Shown in pieces: positions 24,101 to 37,516 of a DNA stretch of 64,000 bases. The DNA lies in assembly GCA_022813865.1 (NCBI GenBank), contig JALDZX010000016.1, positions 186,001 to 250,000 of the forward strand, in the 5' to 3' direction. Position 1 is the stretch's first letter. Each line of letters opens with the position of its first letter. The DNA comes from Xylographa opegraphella (lineage: Eukaryota). The notes under the pieces are model-generated. The model ran no database searches and was not told the DNA's origin. It worked only from the letters and a program-made list of their open reading frames with translations. The position numbers were made by a program, and so were the translations under genes.

Positions 24101-25032
24101 CTTTCTCGCTCGCGCTGTTATTCCAGCTTCTGTGAACTTTTCTAGGCGTTCGCCTCATTCTTATATACCTCGTCCAACTTTCCTTCATTTCGGCTTACCA
24201 CTGACAGGTCACCCATACGAACCACTTATTGCCGTCTCAGGCATCGACCACACCATTAAGATATTCTCCCCTGATCGGCAGTCTCAACAAGACGCTCGTG
24301 CTGGGTTGAATCTTGGTACAACTGCGAACGGTTCGATAGGGCATTCTTCAATCCTCAGGCGGAACGCCCCTATGCGACGCTCCCAACGGACCCCTACAGA
24401 TGCTAGTACCGAAATTGCAGCCGATGCCCCAAATGGAAGTGTGACGACTGAAGACCGCAACGCCAGCTTTAATAGTGACGACTACGAAGCTACTAATGGC
24501 GGTCTAGCTTCTCGCAAACGAATACACGACAGCTACAGTATCGTGAGCCAGAACGACGTAGAGCGACAGGGAGGGATGCAAGATGCATTCATCACGGTAC
24601 GTGGGCCATCTTCCCCTTTCAGGACTTCTCCGATAAAATTCACTGCTTGGCTACGCCTTTGGGCGCGGAGAGTATGACTACCTAGGGTTCGAGGAGATAA
24701 TGCTTCGTAACCCAAAGAAGGTGTGAAGAAAAGGGAGACGTAAAAGTACTTGAATTCGGCACAGATCTATTTTGCGTCATCCCAGAACTCCACATGCCTA
24801 CTCGACCATGTGCTATATTTGACAGCGCCACGAGATTGTACTAATTCGCTTCAATAATATAGAGAAGTGTCCTAGCTCGGCTGGCCGCCCGCTTAACTGC
24901 AACGAGAGCAGAAGGCGGGGACGGAGACGGTGCTGGTGAAGGGTTCGTTACAATTGACGAGAATTGCCTGGTGAGCACGTCTTCAATACCTTATGTAAAA
25001 GATACATACTGATAAAGTGTTAGGTTATGTGA
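21124..25032 (+). CDS. WD40-repeat DDB1/CUL4-associated factor (DCAF8/WDR42A/Iqw1-like) with C-terminal CaaX
   Basis: ATG 21124. Motifs: ELGGHSGCVNALSWSRSGRLLASGSDD, SHSDRVKRI, SCSEDGEVRQWDLR, an acidic tract, YRGHCNVKTVKDVNF, SGSDSGHLFIWDK, AVSGIDHTIKIF. Terminal exons 24863-24970 and 25024-25032 give ...DENCLVM-stop. Confidence 0.85.
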
Positions 25033-25792
25033 GCGCTGTGTCGCTTAGGAAGTCCGACGAACCCATCATGTGGGACAGACGGACATGTTTCTATGATATT
25101 GGCCAAATACGCATATGGCGGGCTGTGTTCACAGGCTCACATGGAAGAATGATGCATTCTTCCGATAGTATGTAGTCACACAAGGTAGTGAAATATAACG
25201 AGTATATAGCATAAGACACCTTGGCCTCTCGCCCAAGCCGCTTACTCGACGCACGACGATGTGAACTGTTCAGTGGCACAGTAGAATAGTGTGGCTGTTC
25301 ACCATTCACGTGGAGAAAGCTCCTGTGGCGCACCCAGTGGCGCCGATACGAGCTAACGCCTTTGATGGGCGCTATACCCTAAGCGCGTAGCTGGATCGCG
25401 GGGTCTACTGTGGTAGAGCGAGGCTGAGTTGTTTGTGCAACTCAACCGCGGAAGTACGCCTGAACGAAGCACATCACGACAGGCAGATTCTTGAGTGGTC
25501 TGTCATGGACGAAATTGCACTTGCCTATATATTCCTGATCAAAGCCGTGTGTGCACGATTCTGATCGTCATTCGAGGTCCAATTGGGTTTGAGGGACGAA
25601 GGCTAGTTGTGTGTCCAGCGCTCAGCTACTGCCGTGTCCCAAGCTGTGCAAGGACTCAACTGGGCAAGTGATAGCTTCCAAGGATCTGAACCGCCCAAGA
25701 AGAATTCAAGGCCCCAACGCAAGCTACCAGCCTCGGCACACCTATCGAGAGGCCACAACGGCAGGCGCGAGCCGTCAAAGGCAGCCGCAGAG

Positions 25793-27447
25793 ATGAATCG
25801 TGCGTTTGTATTTTTCCTACCTCAAAGGGCCCAGATATCATTCCTATTACGTGTCTTTGAGGCAGAGCCTTCACTTATTCATACATCTATCCCTTATCAT
25901 CCATATCATGAGCCACCGCCCGAGAGTCGTCAGGAAGAAATCTAGTGGTGCTCGTGAACCCTCCCTTTCCTAGTATAGCAGCACGATGCCTGAAGCGTTA
26001 TCTATCTACAAAATCGTGCAGACCAGAGTTCTGGGTCTGTCTGAGTCACGATTAAAGATACCTTGCTGACTTTAGTAATTGTCGCAGTCGCCGGTATGCT
26101 CAATAAGCTTCAAGGCCAGCCTGGCAGCTATGACAAGAAGTACGGCTTTGAATACCCGACTCTACATGATTTACCGCTGCTGATAACATCTGTCATAGAG
26201 GACAGTATAAATTTGGTCGGACGCTTGGTGCAGGTACATACGGGATTGTGAGGGAAGCAGACCAAAACGGGGAGAAATTTGCCATAAAGATCATTCTGAA
26301 GAAGAATGTCAAGGGAAATGAGAAGATGGTGTACGATGAGCTGGAAATGCTTCAGAGAATGAAGCACCCCAACATCGTCCGCTTCCACGATTGGTTTGAG
26401 TCGAGGGTGAGCTGAGTCCTGAGTCCATGCATAAACCAGGCTGAACCCAAGCAGGACAAGTATTATATTGTTACGGGGCTAGCTACTGGTGGCGAGCTTT
26501 TCGATCGAATCTGCGAGTACGGCAAGTTCACCGAGAAAGACGCTTCCCATACTATCCGACAAGTTCTAGACGCCGTGGACTACCTGCATTACAACAACGT
26601 GGTGCATCGAGGTCAGCAACCTTCCCAACTTAAAGGTAACATGCTAAATGTGCCTCCAGACTTGAAACCGGAGAACCTTATCTACTTAACTCGTGACACC
26701 GATTCCCAATTGGTCCTGGCCGATTTCGGGATCGCCAAAATGCTCGATACCTCCGACGAAGTCCTCACCACGATGGCCGGCTCCTTTGGTTACGCCGCTC
26801 CAGAAGTAATGCTCAAGCATGGCCACGGCAAGCCTGTGGACATGTGGTCTCTCGGCGTGATAACTTATACCCTGTTATGCGGGTACTCACCCTTCCGGTC
26901 CGAGAACCTCCCCGACCTGATTGACGAGTGTCGCGCGGGACGCATCGTCTTCCACGAGCGCTACTGGAAGGAAGTCAGCCAAGAAGCCAAGACTTTCATC
27001 CTCCGCCTCCTGCAAGCCGACCCCAGTAAGCGCGCCACCAGCGAAGAGGCCCTCCAGGACATCTGGATCACGGGCGATACCGCCACTGACCACAACATCC
27101 TGCCCGAGATCTGTGCATACATGGCCAAGGCGCGGTTGCGCCGCGGCATCGAAATCGTCAAGCTTGCAAACCGGATCGAGGCCCTCAAGATGCAGGAGGA
27201 CGAGGACGAAGACGTCCCCGGCGAGGGTGACGTGCCCGCGAACGCCAAGGAAGCGGCCGGCCAGGCGCTGGCAGCCCACAGTGGCGGGTCGGGCTTGGCG
27301 ACGAGCGAGATGCCGCAGAAACGAGGACTTAGCCGCATGGCCAGGGGGGCGATCTTTCGGGAAGTGGTGCTGGCGAAGGTGCGCGAGATGAAGGAGCAAC
27401 GAGCGGAGGAGGCGGCGAAGCGGTCCAGCTCCTCGTCCAAGACGTGA
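25793..27447 (+). CDS. cmkA: Calcium/calmodulin-dependent protein kinase I
   Basis: [47 protein letters not shown] (spliced), [12 protein letters not shown], and a CaM-binding region [20 protein letters not shown]. The first exon is uncertain (25793 or 25908). Confidence 0.92.
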
Positions 27448-27965
27448 CCGACGAGCTGGGGGACTGTGTGTGGGCTATGGATCTCGGAAAGCGGTCAGTG
27501 GAAAGAGGTTTCTTTGTTGACGACGGGGTTGTATGCTTGTTAGACTTGACATGGTGTCCGGGGACGGATAGTGCGACTGAGTAAGCCGCAACGGGCATCG
27601 GGTTTGGTTCGTGATACCTAGTTGGAGTGGGCGGAGAGGGGCTACAGGGGATATCATTTATTATTCTAGAAGCGAGAGCTGCTATGACTATACACGTGAA
27701 TGACATGAACGGCTGGAAGGAACGACTTATTGTGTGCAACTGTGCCTGGTTCCAAGCTGTATATCGGTTTTGTTTGCGCTTGGGACGCTTCGTGCAATCA
27801 AAGTTTTTCGGCCATACAGGATCTGTCGTGAAGATACAACGGGGTGGCAATAGTGACAGATGGCGAGCACCGAGAGCCCGTGTCACGCAAGCACCGATGA
27901 CACTCAACGGAAACCAGCTCATCTTTAAATAAAGCCACCGCAATACTCGCCAGCGGGCCAGTCCA

Positions 27966-30900
27966 CTACGCCACATCCACAAAAGCCCGTTTCCTCCTCC
28001 CCTTCCCCCCCTCCTCCTCCTCCCTCTCCCACGCCTCCTCATCCACATACTCCCTCGCACCCCTCTCCCTCACACGGTCGCCCACAAACCTCAGCGCCGC
28101 GAGATTGAAGCCCATGTCGTCCTTCTGGCGCTGCAGCGCGGCGCGCAGGCGGGCGCGGATGGCGTCCAGCATGGGCCGCATGGTCTTGCTGGCGACGATC
28201 TGGCGGTGGTGGGTTTTGAGCATGAAGAAGAGCACGCGGCACGTCAGCGGCAGGTTCCAGCGACGCTCGGCCCAAAGGTGAAGGAAGGTGAAGAGGGCGG
28301 TGACTTTCTCGAAGGGGAGCACCAGCAGCGCGTCCTGCAGCGCGGCGGCGTGGATCTTCTGCACCACGGCGAGGACGTGCGCTTCGGCGGAGAGGTTGCC
28401 GTACGCGACGAAGAGGGGGTTGCGCGGTGGGGGGGCGGCGGTGGGGTGGGTTTCGCGGATGGCGCGCCACTCGTCCATGAGCTGGAGGTCGGCCATGCCG
28501 AGCTCGAGGGCCTCGGCGATCTTCTCGCCCGCCATCAGCGTCTCGGCGGTCTGTTTGCCAGCGGCCACGGCCTCGCTCTTCTCCTCTCCGTTCTCGAGTT
28601 CGGGTTCGAGCGACGTGGTCAGGGTGCCCTCGTACAGCTCCTCGAGCTCTTTCTCCCGCTCTTCTTCGAGGAAGATCTGCTCGTCGGTCTGCTGCCAGAC
28701 GCGTATACTCTTGTCGTGGCTAGCGCTGACGACGAATTCGCCGGTGCGGCTGACGGCGATGGCCCATATCTCTCCGTGGTGGCCTTCGAGCCGTTGGATT
28801 TGCTCGAACTTGTCGCCGTCCCAGTATTTGACCATGCGGTCTTTGCTGGCGCTGAAGAAGTGGTGGCCGTTGCCGTCTTGGTTGTGGGGGACGAAGGCCA
28901 CTTGCATGATGCTATCTTGGTGGGCAAAGAATGCTTTGTGGCAGTCCCCGAAATCGAGGCCCCAAAGGCGTACGTTTTTGTCCGCAGAGCAGGTGACGAT
29001 GAGCTTGCTGTCATAGGATATGTCCATGTTGAGAACTGGGAGTTTGTGCCCGTAGAGGTTAAGGAAGAGCTTTAGAGAGTCCACGAAGAAGACCTTGACA
29101 GTATTGTCGAGGAGAGCAACAGCAAGGAGGCGGGAGTCGGGAGAAAAGCGGAGGCTTAGTATGTCATCCGCAACTTTCAGAGTCCTCGTATGATTGAGTC
29201 GCAAGCGAGGCGTTGTCCTTTTGGTTCCTGGAATCTCCTCTTGCACGATCTCGAAATTCCAGAATTTGGCGGACTTGTCAGCACTTCCTGTCACTATCGA
29301 CCTTCCATCAGGATGTACATGTAACGTCCATACCGGCCCGTCATGAGCTTTGATTGTGTCAATCAGCGTTGACGATGCTATGTCGAACAATTCAAGCTCG
29401 CCACTTCTGTTACCAACCACGACTATCTTGTCACCCGGAAGGAAGGAAGCGCAAAGTGCATATCCGCATTCGAGTGTTCGTATACAGTTTTGCGTTCTTA
29501 CATTCCAGATCTTTAAATTGCCATTCGATGCAGAAGCCAACATCCTATCATCCGAACTTAATGCTAAAGACCGAACATCTGTACGATGTCCAGGCATGTC
29601 GACGGAAAATATACGATCGTAATCGGGAGGCTCTGAAGACTTGGACTTCTTCTCTTTCCGCTTTACCGGAATGTCGTAGACCTCTAACTGATTATTCGTG
29701 GTTGCTGCAAGTACTTGGAGAGATTTCCCTATTCGTGTAGCAGCCCAGTCCATTGAACGGACCTTGCCACTAGTTCGGACAATCACATAAGGTACGATGA
29801 ATTCGGAGATGTCTGTTTCACCTTCGCCTCCATCTTCCTCAGCAGAGTGCTTCTCTCCATCAAGATCCATTTGCTTAGGAACGCTAGCTAATAACCTTTC
29901 TTTTTCTTTTTCTTTCCGTCGTCTCCGCTTTCGCGCGAGAGACTTCTGTACCTCCGCAGGAGATCGAATTGCCCACAGTTCGATAGCTTTTTCAGAGCCA
30001 TGAACTGCCACGTAGCTACCGCTGGGATGAAACGTAACGCCAAGGGTTCTGTCTTTACCGTGTCTGTTCAGCGTACCTCTTTCATTAAGGTACCTTCGCT
30101 CCAAGTCCTCGGTCACATGCGCTGCAAGACTGCTCAAACCCTTGATATCGATAGCCCATACCCGGAGCTCTCCATCGTTCCCGGCAGTCATACATATAGA
30201 TTGATCGAGCATAATTCCCATTGACCAGCACTCTCCATTTGTCTGTGCAACATGAGTTTCCATACAATGTTGAGAGCCGAGATCCCAGAGCTTAATGAGC
30301 GCATCTTTGCTGGCTGTGAGAAGGAATCCAGCATGGTCATCACTAGCAGACGAATGGCCATTGGGCGCCCCAAGCTCGTTGTCGCCTTCTTCATCAGCCA
30401 CATTTGCCAAACTGTCCTCGGGGTGTAGAAAGCTGAGACCAGTGATCTGGTTCTTGTGGCCGCGCAACTTGAACAAGCCAACCTCCGCAACCAAATCCCA
30501 TACCACAATATCTGTGTCCTGCGCGCCACTGGCCAATCTCACCCCAGACTTGTCGAAGGCCAGAGCAGTGATGCCAGAACGATGTCCGTTGAAACTGATA
30601 ATAACTGTGGCTATTCGAGAGTCCCAGACTCGGATGCTGCCATCTCCATACCTGCAATAGTATTTCATATTAGCTCGCCCTCAAAATACAATTTAATGGA
30701 TATTACAAACCCAACAGCATACACATCCGGATCCGTCTTGCTCTGCACAATCGCAGTGACTTCCGCACTACACCCACTATCTTTCCATCTTCCCAGGAGC
30801 TCTCCCTTCTTCACATCCCAGCACAGCACCTCTTCGTCTGCGCCCACAACTGCTCTGCCCCCGCCTGTAGATCGAGAGCTAGCATTCGGCGCATTGTCAT

Positions 30901-31039
30901 CGGCGCTCCAAACCGCGTTGGAAGTGGCCGAAGTGATGAGCCCGAATGTCTTCGAGTGTTCATACTTGCTGTGATCATCAGCATAGTTCAAATTCTCAGA
31001 CGCACCGGTGAGACACACTTACAGATACGAATGAACCAT
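27966..31039 (-). CDS. DIP2: U3 snoRNA-associated WD-repeat protein Utp12/Dip2
   Basis: Starts MVHSYL (ATG 31039), with two introns. Many WD repeats (GHRTDVRSLALSSDDRMLAS, LYGHKLPVL, HHGEIWA), EQIFLEEERE, and a C-terminal Utp12 domain (LQDALLVLPF...GFNLAAL). Confidence 0.95.
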
Positions 31040-31276
31040 ATTTATTGGCAGTATCGAAGCCGACGAAACTTTTTTAGACAGCCCACTGTTAGCGCAAGCG
31101 AGCTCCTAGGTCCTAGCCCTATGAACTACACTCCGCCGGTCACGCCTATTGATATACCCAGGTTGTGGGCATTGTACTTCTATGAAGCTGAGGACCACCG
31201 TCCCAGATATATGGACAGACTCGACTTTACTATTCCCTGACATGAGCGACTAATAACAAAACAAATTCGACCCAAC

Positions 31277-32559
31277 ATGCTTCTCCTCGACTACCAAAAC
31301 GTCCTCATCCAATCCCTCCTAACTGAGCGCTTTTCTGGGTAACCCCCCCTCCCCCCTTATACATACCTTCATCAGGCGACTAACCAACCCCAGAGCCCCT
31401 CTCATCTCCATCGACCAAGTCGTCTCCGACTTCGACGGCGTAACCTTCCACCTCTCCACCCCGGAATCCAAGTCCAAGATCCTCATCTCCCTCTCCGTCA
31501 AATGCTACGAGGAGCTCCTGCGCTACGGCGCGGAACAGGTGCTCGAGAGAGAATATGGCCAGTACATCGTCAGTCCCGAAGTGGGCTACGATTTCTCAAT
31601 AGTGGTGGATCTCGAGAACTTACCTGCCGAGCAAGGTCCGAAACGAAATGCCAATACACATACCTCTTAATACTAACCATACCTTTTATAGAATCTAAAG
31701 ACGACCTCATCCGGCGTATCTCGCTCCTGAAACGAAACGCCATGGCCGCGCCGTTCGAGCGCGCGTTTGACGAGTTTTATAAACTGCAAGAAGAGGCTTC
31801 GAAGTACACCCGCGAATCGGCGCCGGAAGGTATAGCGGAGGGTGGGGAAGTGATGGCTATCCACTACCGCGAGGAAGAGGCAATATATATCAAAGCAAGT
31901 CATGACAGGGTCACTGTGATTTTCAGTACAATATTCCGTGAAGAGACGGATAGGATTTTCGGGAAGGTGTTCTTGCAGGTATGTATGTTTGTGGGCAAAC
32001 AGTAGCAGGAAATGTCACTGATAATGTGATAGGAGTTCGTCGATGCTCGAAGGCGGGCGATCCAAAACGCACCGCAAGTGCTGTTCCGCAACGAGCCTCC
32101 GTTAGAGCTGCAGAACGTGCCAGGCCTGAGCGACTCGAGTAAGGGTGAAGTAGGATATGTCACTTTCGGTATGGTCGTCCCCATAGTATGGACCGCTACA
32201 ACTCTAATAGCCCGTAGTTCTATTTGCTCGACACCTTACCGCCCAGCGGCGGGAAGAGAGCATCTCACACATTCAGACCTTCCGGGACTATTTCCACTAT
32301 CATATCAAAGCTTCGAAAGTAAGGCCGAACGTTCCTGTTCGTCCATCGTTCATACGAAGGCTGACCAATGGCTTTCCACAGGCATACATCCACTCTAGAA
32401 TGAGGCGGCGGACTGCAGACTTTCTGCAAGGTGAGTTTCCTCTGGAATGATGTGTAGATCAAGGGGCTGACTGCGATAGTACTAAACCGGGCGCGACCAG
32501 AAAATGAGGAGAAGGAACGCAAAACGGCTAGCGGGAGAACGTTTAGGGTTCAAGGCTGA
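31277..32559 (+). CDS. ARC35: Arp2/3 complex 34 kDa subunit (ARPC2)
   Basis: [105 protein letters not shown]. Multiple short introns. Confidence 0.95.
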
Positions 32560-32984
32560 GCGCGGGGAATGATGAAACGCTATCATCGAGGCAATGACGG
32601 GCCGGAGGTTAAGTAATAACATGCATCTGTAGTCGATAGTACAACTGGTCAAGACCTAAAAGACCAAGAGTGTATCGTCCAAGAATAAGTCGTAAATGTT
32701 GTGAGCCAAAACGTTGTGCGATTGCGAGACAGCTGGTAAAAGATGGTAACAAAGCTATTTATTTATGAGGAAAACGTCAAGGAACAGCAGTAAAAATTCA
32801 AAACAGTAGCCGTCCGAAGACCAGCAGTTCGAATAGTCCATAAGCATCATTTAACAACCCTGATATCGAGAACTAAAAGCCAAGAAGTAACGACACTCCA
32901 CCGACCAATACTAGCAAACTCTAGTACCACCCGGATCAACATTTCCCCAAGCAGAGGCCCAGTAGCCGAGGGCCCCAAGCGGAG

Positions 32985-33972
32985 TCACTCGATGTAGGAA
33001 AGACTCTCATCCAGGAAACTAAAGTAAATAAGTCAGCAACACCAGCGGCCCCAAACTCAGCGACCATGATCCTCACTTCTGGAGATGGATCTCAATCTGA
33101 TAGCCGTCGATCTCGCTCGCAGCCCGGAGAAGCCTCAACGCTTTCTGGTAATAGGCCTCGTTCCTCAGCGGATGCGAGACATTGCCAAAGCTGATAAAAG
33201 CTTCCGCAGCCTGGAAATTCATTAGCACATTGGCTTGGTGTTACAGATTGGTGAAGCGACACACCAGAGTCAATAAATCCCCGCTGGCGCCTCCTTGAGC
33301 GTTGGCGCCTGCCAGAGCACGGTCGAAGGACTCGAGGGCCGGCCGAAGCGCATCTCGTGCTTCGACGTAGTCCTGCGAGTCGACGCGACTCGCATCTCTG
33401 GTGGCTTGTCCAGGGCTACGTATGTGATGGTGTGGCATAGAAGTGGTACTGCTTGAGCTTGATGGGCTGCCTTCTTCCCGATAGATACGCGCGAGGGGTT
33501 TCTGGCTCTTCAGTAACCAGGCATGGCCGAGACCTTGAAGTGTCAGTTGGGAGAAAGGGCGTCATATAGATAAAGAATCGCAGAATTCACCTTGAAGAGC
33601 GCTGACGCTGTTGGGGTACCTCTGGACTTCAGTAGCCCACTGCCGCTCGCACCAGAGAGCAATATCGGTTTCGCCTCCGCTATCCGGATCTTGATATGCA
33701 AGTTCCTGCAGGACTTGGATGAGCTTTATCCATGGAACAGAGCCAAGTTGATTTCGGAGCTGAGGCGTGCGCTCGACGGCGATGATTGTCGATCGAGCGA
33801 ACTGAAGAGAGGAAAACCACTTCTGTGGATTACTTCCGGGCATATTAGGGTTCTCTCTGAGATCCACTTCCAGGGATACAATCTGGGTTCGCAGTTCTTG
33901 TGCCATGGTAAGCGAAGCGTCGATGTGGTCAAATGAGGCTTGTAGGGTATCAGAGGTCTGGAACAGCAATAC
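32985..33972 (-). CDS. Uncharacterised alpha-helical protein; 5' exon(s) not resolved
   Basis: Four exons joined by canonical splice sites give a continuous frame: ...LQASFDHI...LQELAYQDPDSGGETDIALWCERQW...ALQGLGHAWLLKSQ...DYVEARDALRPA...AAEAFISFGNVS...HLQNFLDESLSYIE-stop (32985). Confidence 0.7.
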
Positions 33973-35492
33973 CTATGGAGTTTGCAACAAACAGGAAGTA
34001 GTTTCTACAGAAGATTGCAAGCCCGGTCTTTGATCCTTCTCCGTAAATCAGTGCAATAGACTGACGGGGTGAGGTAAGCTCTTATCAATGTGCAATTCCT
34101 ATTACTTCCCGGTGAAGGAGAAGAACTGCCGGGCGAATGGAGACTATCAATGAACGATCGATGTGTCAACCAGGAGGCAGACATCGGTAGACAGGAAGTC
34201 AATTTGCGTATGATATACTTACAAGAACGGCCTCCCCTAGCCTGCGTCTCTTCCGAGTTATTGTGATTGGCCATGAGGGGGCGTCTTGACAAGGATTTAC
34301 ATGATGTGACTGGTGAATATAGTGCCAGTGCTTCTCGGGGAGTCGGCCACTTGACGCCTCTAGGGGATTTTTTCTCGATAGGCATACCGCCGGAGAGGCA
34401 AATAACCAATGAAAGGACAACGCATTTGAGTGGTATGTTGAGAGACAGATGGTTCACGAAGTAACGAGAGTAGTACAGTTCATACTAGTAACATTGCAAC
34501 CATCAAGCTAGAGATGAAGTGAGGTCAATCCACAAGCCACGAGCATCACTGATGTCTTTGAAAAGAAGACAAGAGTGTAGCGTAGATTTGAGAACCAAGA
34601 GCGTCAACAGTCACGAAAGCGGAAGCATTTGGATTTATCAGCCATGACGAAGTTATCCCCAAAGAGAGTCGAAAGATGTGACAGCGGTGATCTTCAGGCA
34701 AGATGCACGATCTCGAGCATTTCGGAGATGTGATAGGTGCACAAGGCTAAGAATGATAGCTGGTGGGTGAACCTAAGCACAGATGGTGGTTCTCAACTTG
34801 TCATCCGTGGGTTGGGAGAAGAGGAGGATTACTGTACACGGCGGTGTGGCCGTTGTGATGATCACGTAAGGGAAGCGTCCCGAGTGCCAAGTCCACGGAG
34901 ATCGGGATAAGTCCGGGGGCGGGATAACATAAGCAATTTCCTACCCGATGCCCTGCAAGGCGAGGGCGCCAAGCCCGCAGGCGCCACATCCAGCCACGAA
35001 CAGGAGGACTGCGTAAAAGGGTCAACTTTCCATCGGAGAGGGAAGGATAGAAGTTGCGTCAAAGGTACTACAGTCGGTCCGCTCTGGGCTCTGAGGATGT
35101 AGCAATTAATGTACTGCAACGTCGCGAGACGAAACGTGCGCTTACAAGTGACCTGTGCAGTCCAGACTCGCAGCCAGGGTTCATCGTGGCTCGCCCTAGG
35201 CCTATATTTAGCCGCCTTCATATTAGCCAATTTAACGACTGCACGTGCTTTGGCGATGCTACTGCTCCTGCTGCGAACCCGGTTTTTGGCACGGTGCCAT
35301 CTCAAAGGGGCATTCCACTTCCTTCTTCACAGCGTCACATCGAGGATGCGACTGTGGCAGAGCTCACTGTAACTTGACTATTTGGCGACCGAATCCTCGT
35401 GCGTCGAGACGCGCAACGTTCTATACACCCTTACGCCGTGTTTGAGCTCCAGATGACCAACACCATGTGAGAGAACGCGCCCGCTTCACAAG

Positions 35493-37516
35493 ATGGAAAG
35501 CGTCATTTTCCATAAATCGCCGCTCGCCGACTACCTTGAAGGTATGGTCTCCTTGCGACTTCGGGTATGCTGCTGTTGGCGCTCTTCCTAAAGTTGTCTG
35601 CAGGAGAAGGTGAAGCCGACCATGAGTGGACAGCCTCACAGACTGCCCATGCGCCCATCATCGCAGACTCTCCGTCCTTCGCTCCGCGCGGTCCACCTAC
35701 CACATACTCCAAATTTCGAAGGAAACTCCCCACCGCCCTCAAGCTGGATGTTTCACGGTCCACGAGTGCGGTGGCTCGTATTCATGATACTTGCTCGGTA
35801 CGAATGTATTTCCTACGACTCGCCTTCATACTCGGAGCGCTAACATTCCTGGTTCTGCTAGAGCGCTCTGAATTCTCGACTTGGTCGCACGGACAACGCC
35901 CAATTCCTAGAACAGTTCCGATATACCATCATTGCATCTCAGCTTTTTAGCGATCATCCAAAGACAACAGTGCACAATTCTTATAGTACCGGCCCCGAGG
36001 TAGTCGCTGAGCAGGATCTCCAGGCCAACTTCACATGGGAAGGAATATACCTGACAGCAGGGATCGCATTCGCTTTTGTTTTAGCAATTCACTGTACTCG
36101 AAACATTATTCGAACATACTCGAGCGGCTGGAGACTGTTCCTTGTGACTGTCATCTTTGCGCTTGTCGCTATCGCACTTAATACATTCTACAGGAGGCAG
36201 TATCTATTGTATGTACGCAATCAGGCTATTAGCAGCGCGAGTTCTCTGGTCGAGAATGCGCATAGTCTCGATGCTACCACATCCGCCGCAATCACACTCA
36301 TTCAGGAAGTCGAACTAGTCTCTCGTGGTTACCGAATGTGAGTCTTGTTGTTCTATTTGTATGAAAACTACTAAATGTTTGTAGAAGCAGTCCTCTGCCA
36401 CCAATATCGCGCCTCGATGAACAAAGTCAAACAAGAAGATGCGCACGATTGAGACGGACCCTGAGAACATCTCTGAACTCGTTGCTGCTTCCCTACGCTG
36501 AGTCATACAGAACTATGAGGCCGTTGGCAAACGAACTGGACCTCGAAAAGTACCATGACATCTATGAAATCACACGAAGTGACATTCAGGAAATCAAAGA
36601 ACTTGCACTGGGTAATGAGATCGAAGTCGAAGATTCTGAAAACCTGAAATTGCTCAAGATCGACCTTCACAAGCTCCATGTCGCACGCAAACTCTTTCTA
36701 TGCAGTCTTCTTGCTTTGAGTGCCGATGACGGCAAGCCAGACTTTCCACGTTGGGCTCTCGCAACCTCGAAAATGCAAACTCTTTCAGCAGCCTCCGCTA
36801 GCGCCGCTTACAGTCTTTCCCACATCTTGAGTGAAGAGGAGCGCTTTTCGACACCTCCGACTCCTAAACTCCCCTTGACCCCGAATCACGCGCGTGTACG
36901 AGCTCAACTCCGCAAGGTGGGCTCTCTTTCCCACGGCATCCGAGCGCTCCAAGCCAAGATGCACATCCTTCGTGAAGAGTCCGACCACGCGCTTTCCACA
37001 TCCTCCGAAGACGTTTCAGAACTTGGCGTCAGCCTCTTGTCTCAGTACGACTCGATCGGCGCAGATCTCAAATGCCTCACCCAAGAATGGGAGGACGGCC
37101 GTGCCGCTCTAGCCATCAATATCGACCGCAATGACCGCCGTATCTCCTCCGCTTCCACCGCATGCTTAGCCCTTTCGCGCTCGGCGACCCCCAATAGTCT
37201 TGGCGGCCTGACCGCTGTGGGTGGAAGCAGTCCCAACGACGCACTGAAGATTTTGAACGGAGACGCCAAGTCAAGATCCAGCAGTGTGGAAGCAACAAGC
37301 AGCGACGAAGAAGTCTTCGAAGCGATCGCACTGCCACGCCAGCTGAGCACGCTGACAAGAGAGGAGCGCCTGGCGAAGATGCGGGAGGAAAGGGTCCGAC
37401 AAGCGATGGCAAGGGAGAAGGCGGAAGCGAGTGGCGGTATGCTGAAGGAGCTGGAGACCGTGATCAAGCTGCGGCCGAGGGGAAGAACGACTGGCAGGGT
37501 CGGCGGTATGAGCTGA
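35493..37516 (+). CDS. vezA: Vezatin-family protein (fungal VezA; myosin-binding/vezatin domain)
   Basis: MESVIFHKSPLADYLEG, two hydrophobic TM segments near 36050-36200, LIQEVELVSRGYR, LPPISRLDE, ARKLFLCSLLAL, GIRALQAKMH, QYDSIGADL, EVFEAIA, LTREERLAKMREER, MLKELETVI. Confidence 0.85.

Noticed and set aside
26887..29075. Long antisense and alternative-frame ORFs (up to 289 aa) over the CaM kinase and DIP2
   Set aside because: Shadow ORFs caused by very high GC3 in the real genes.
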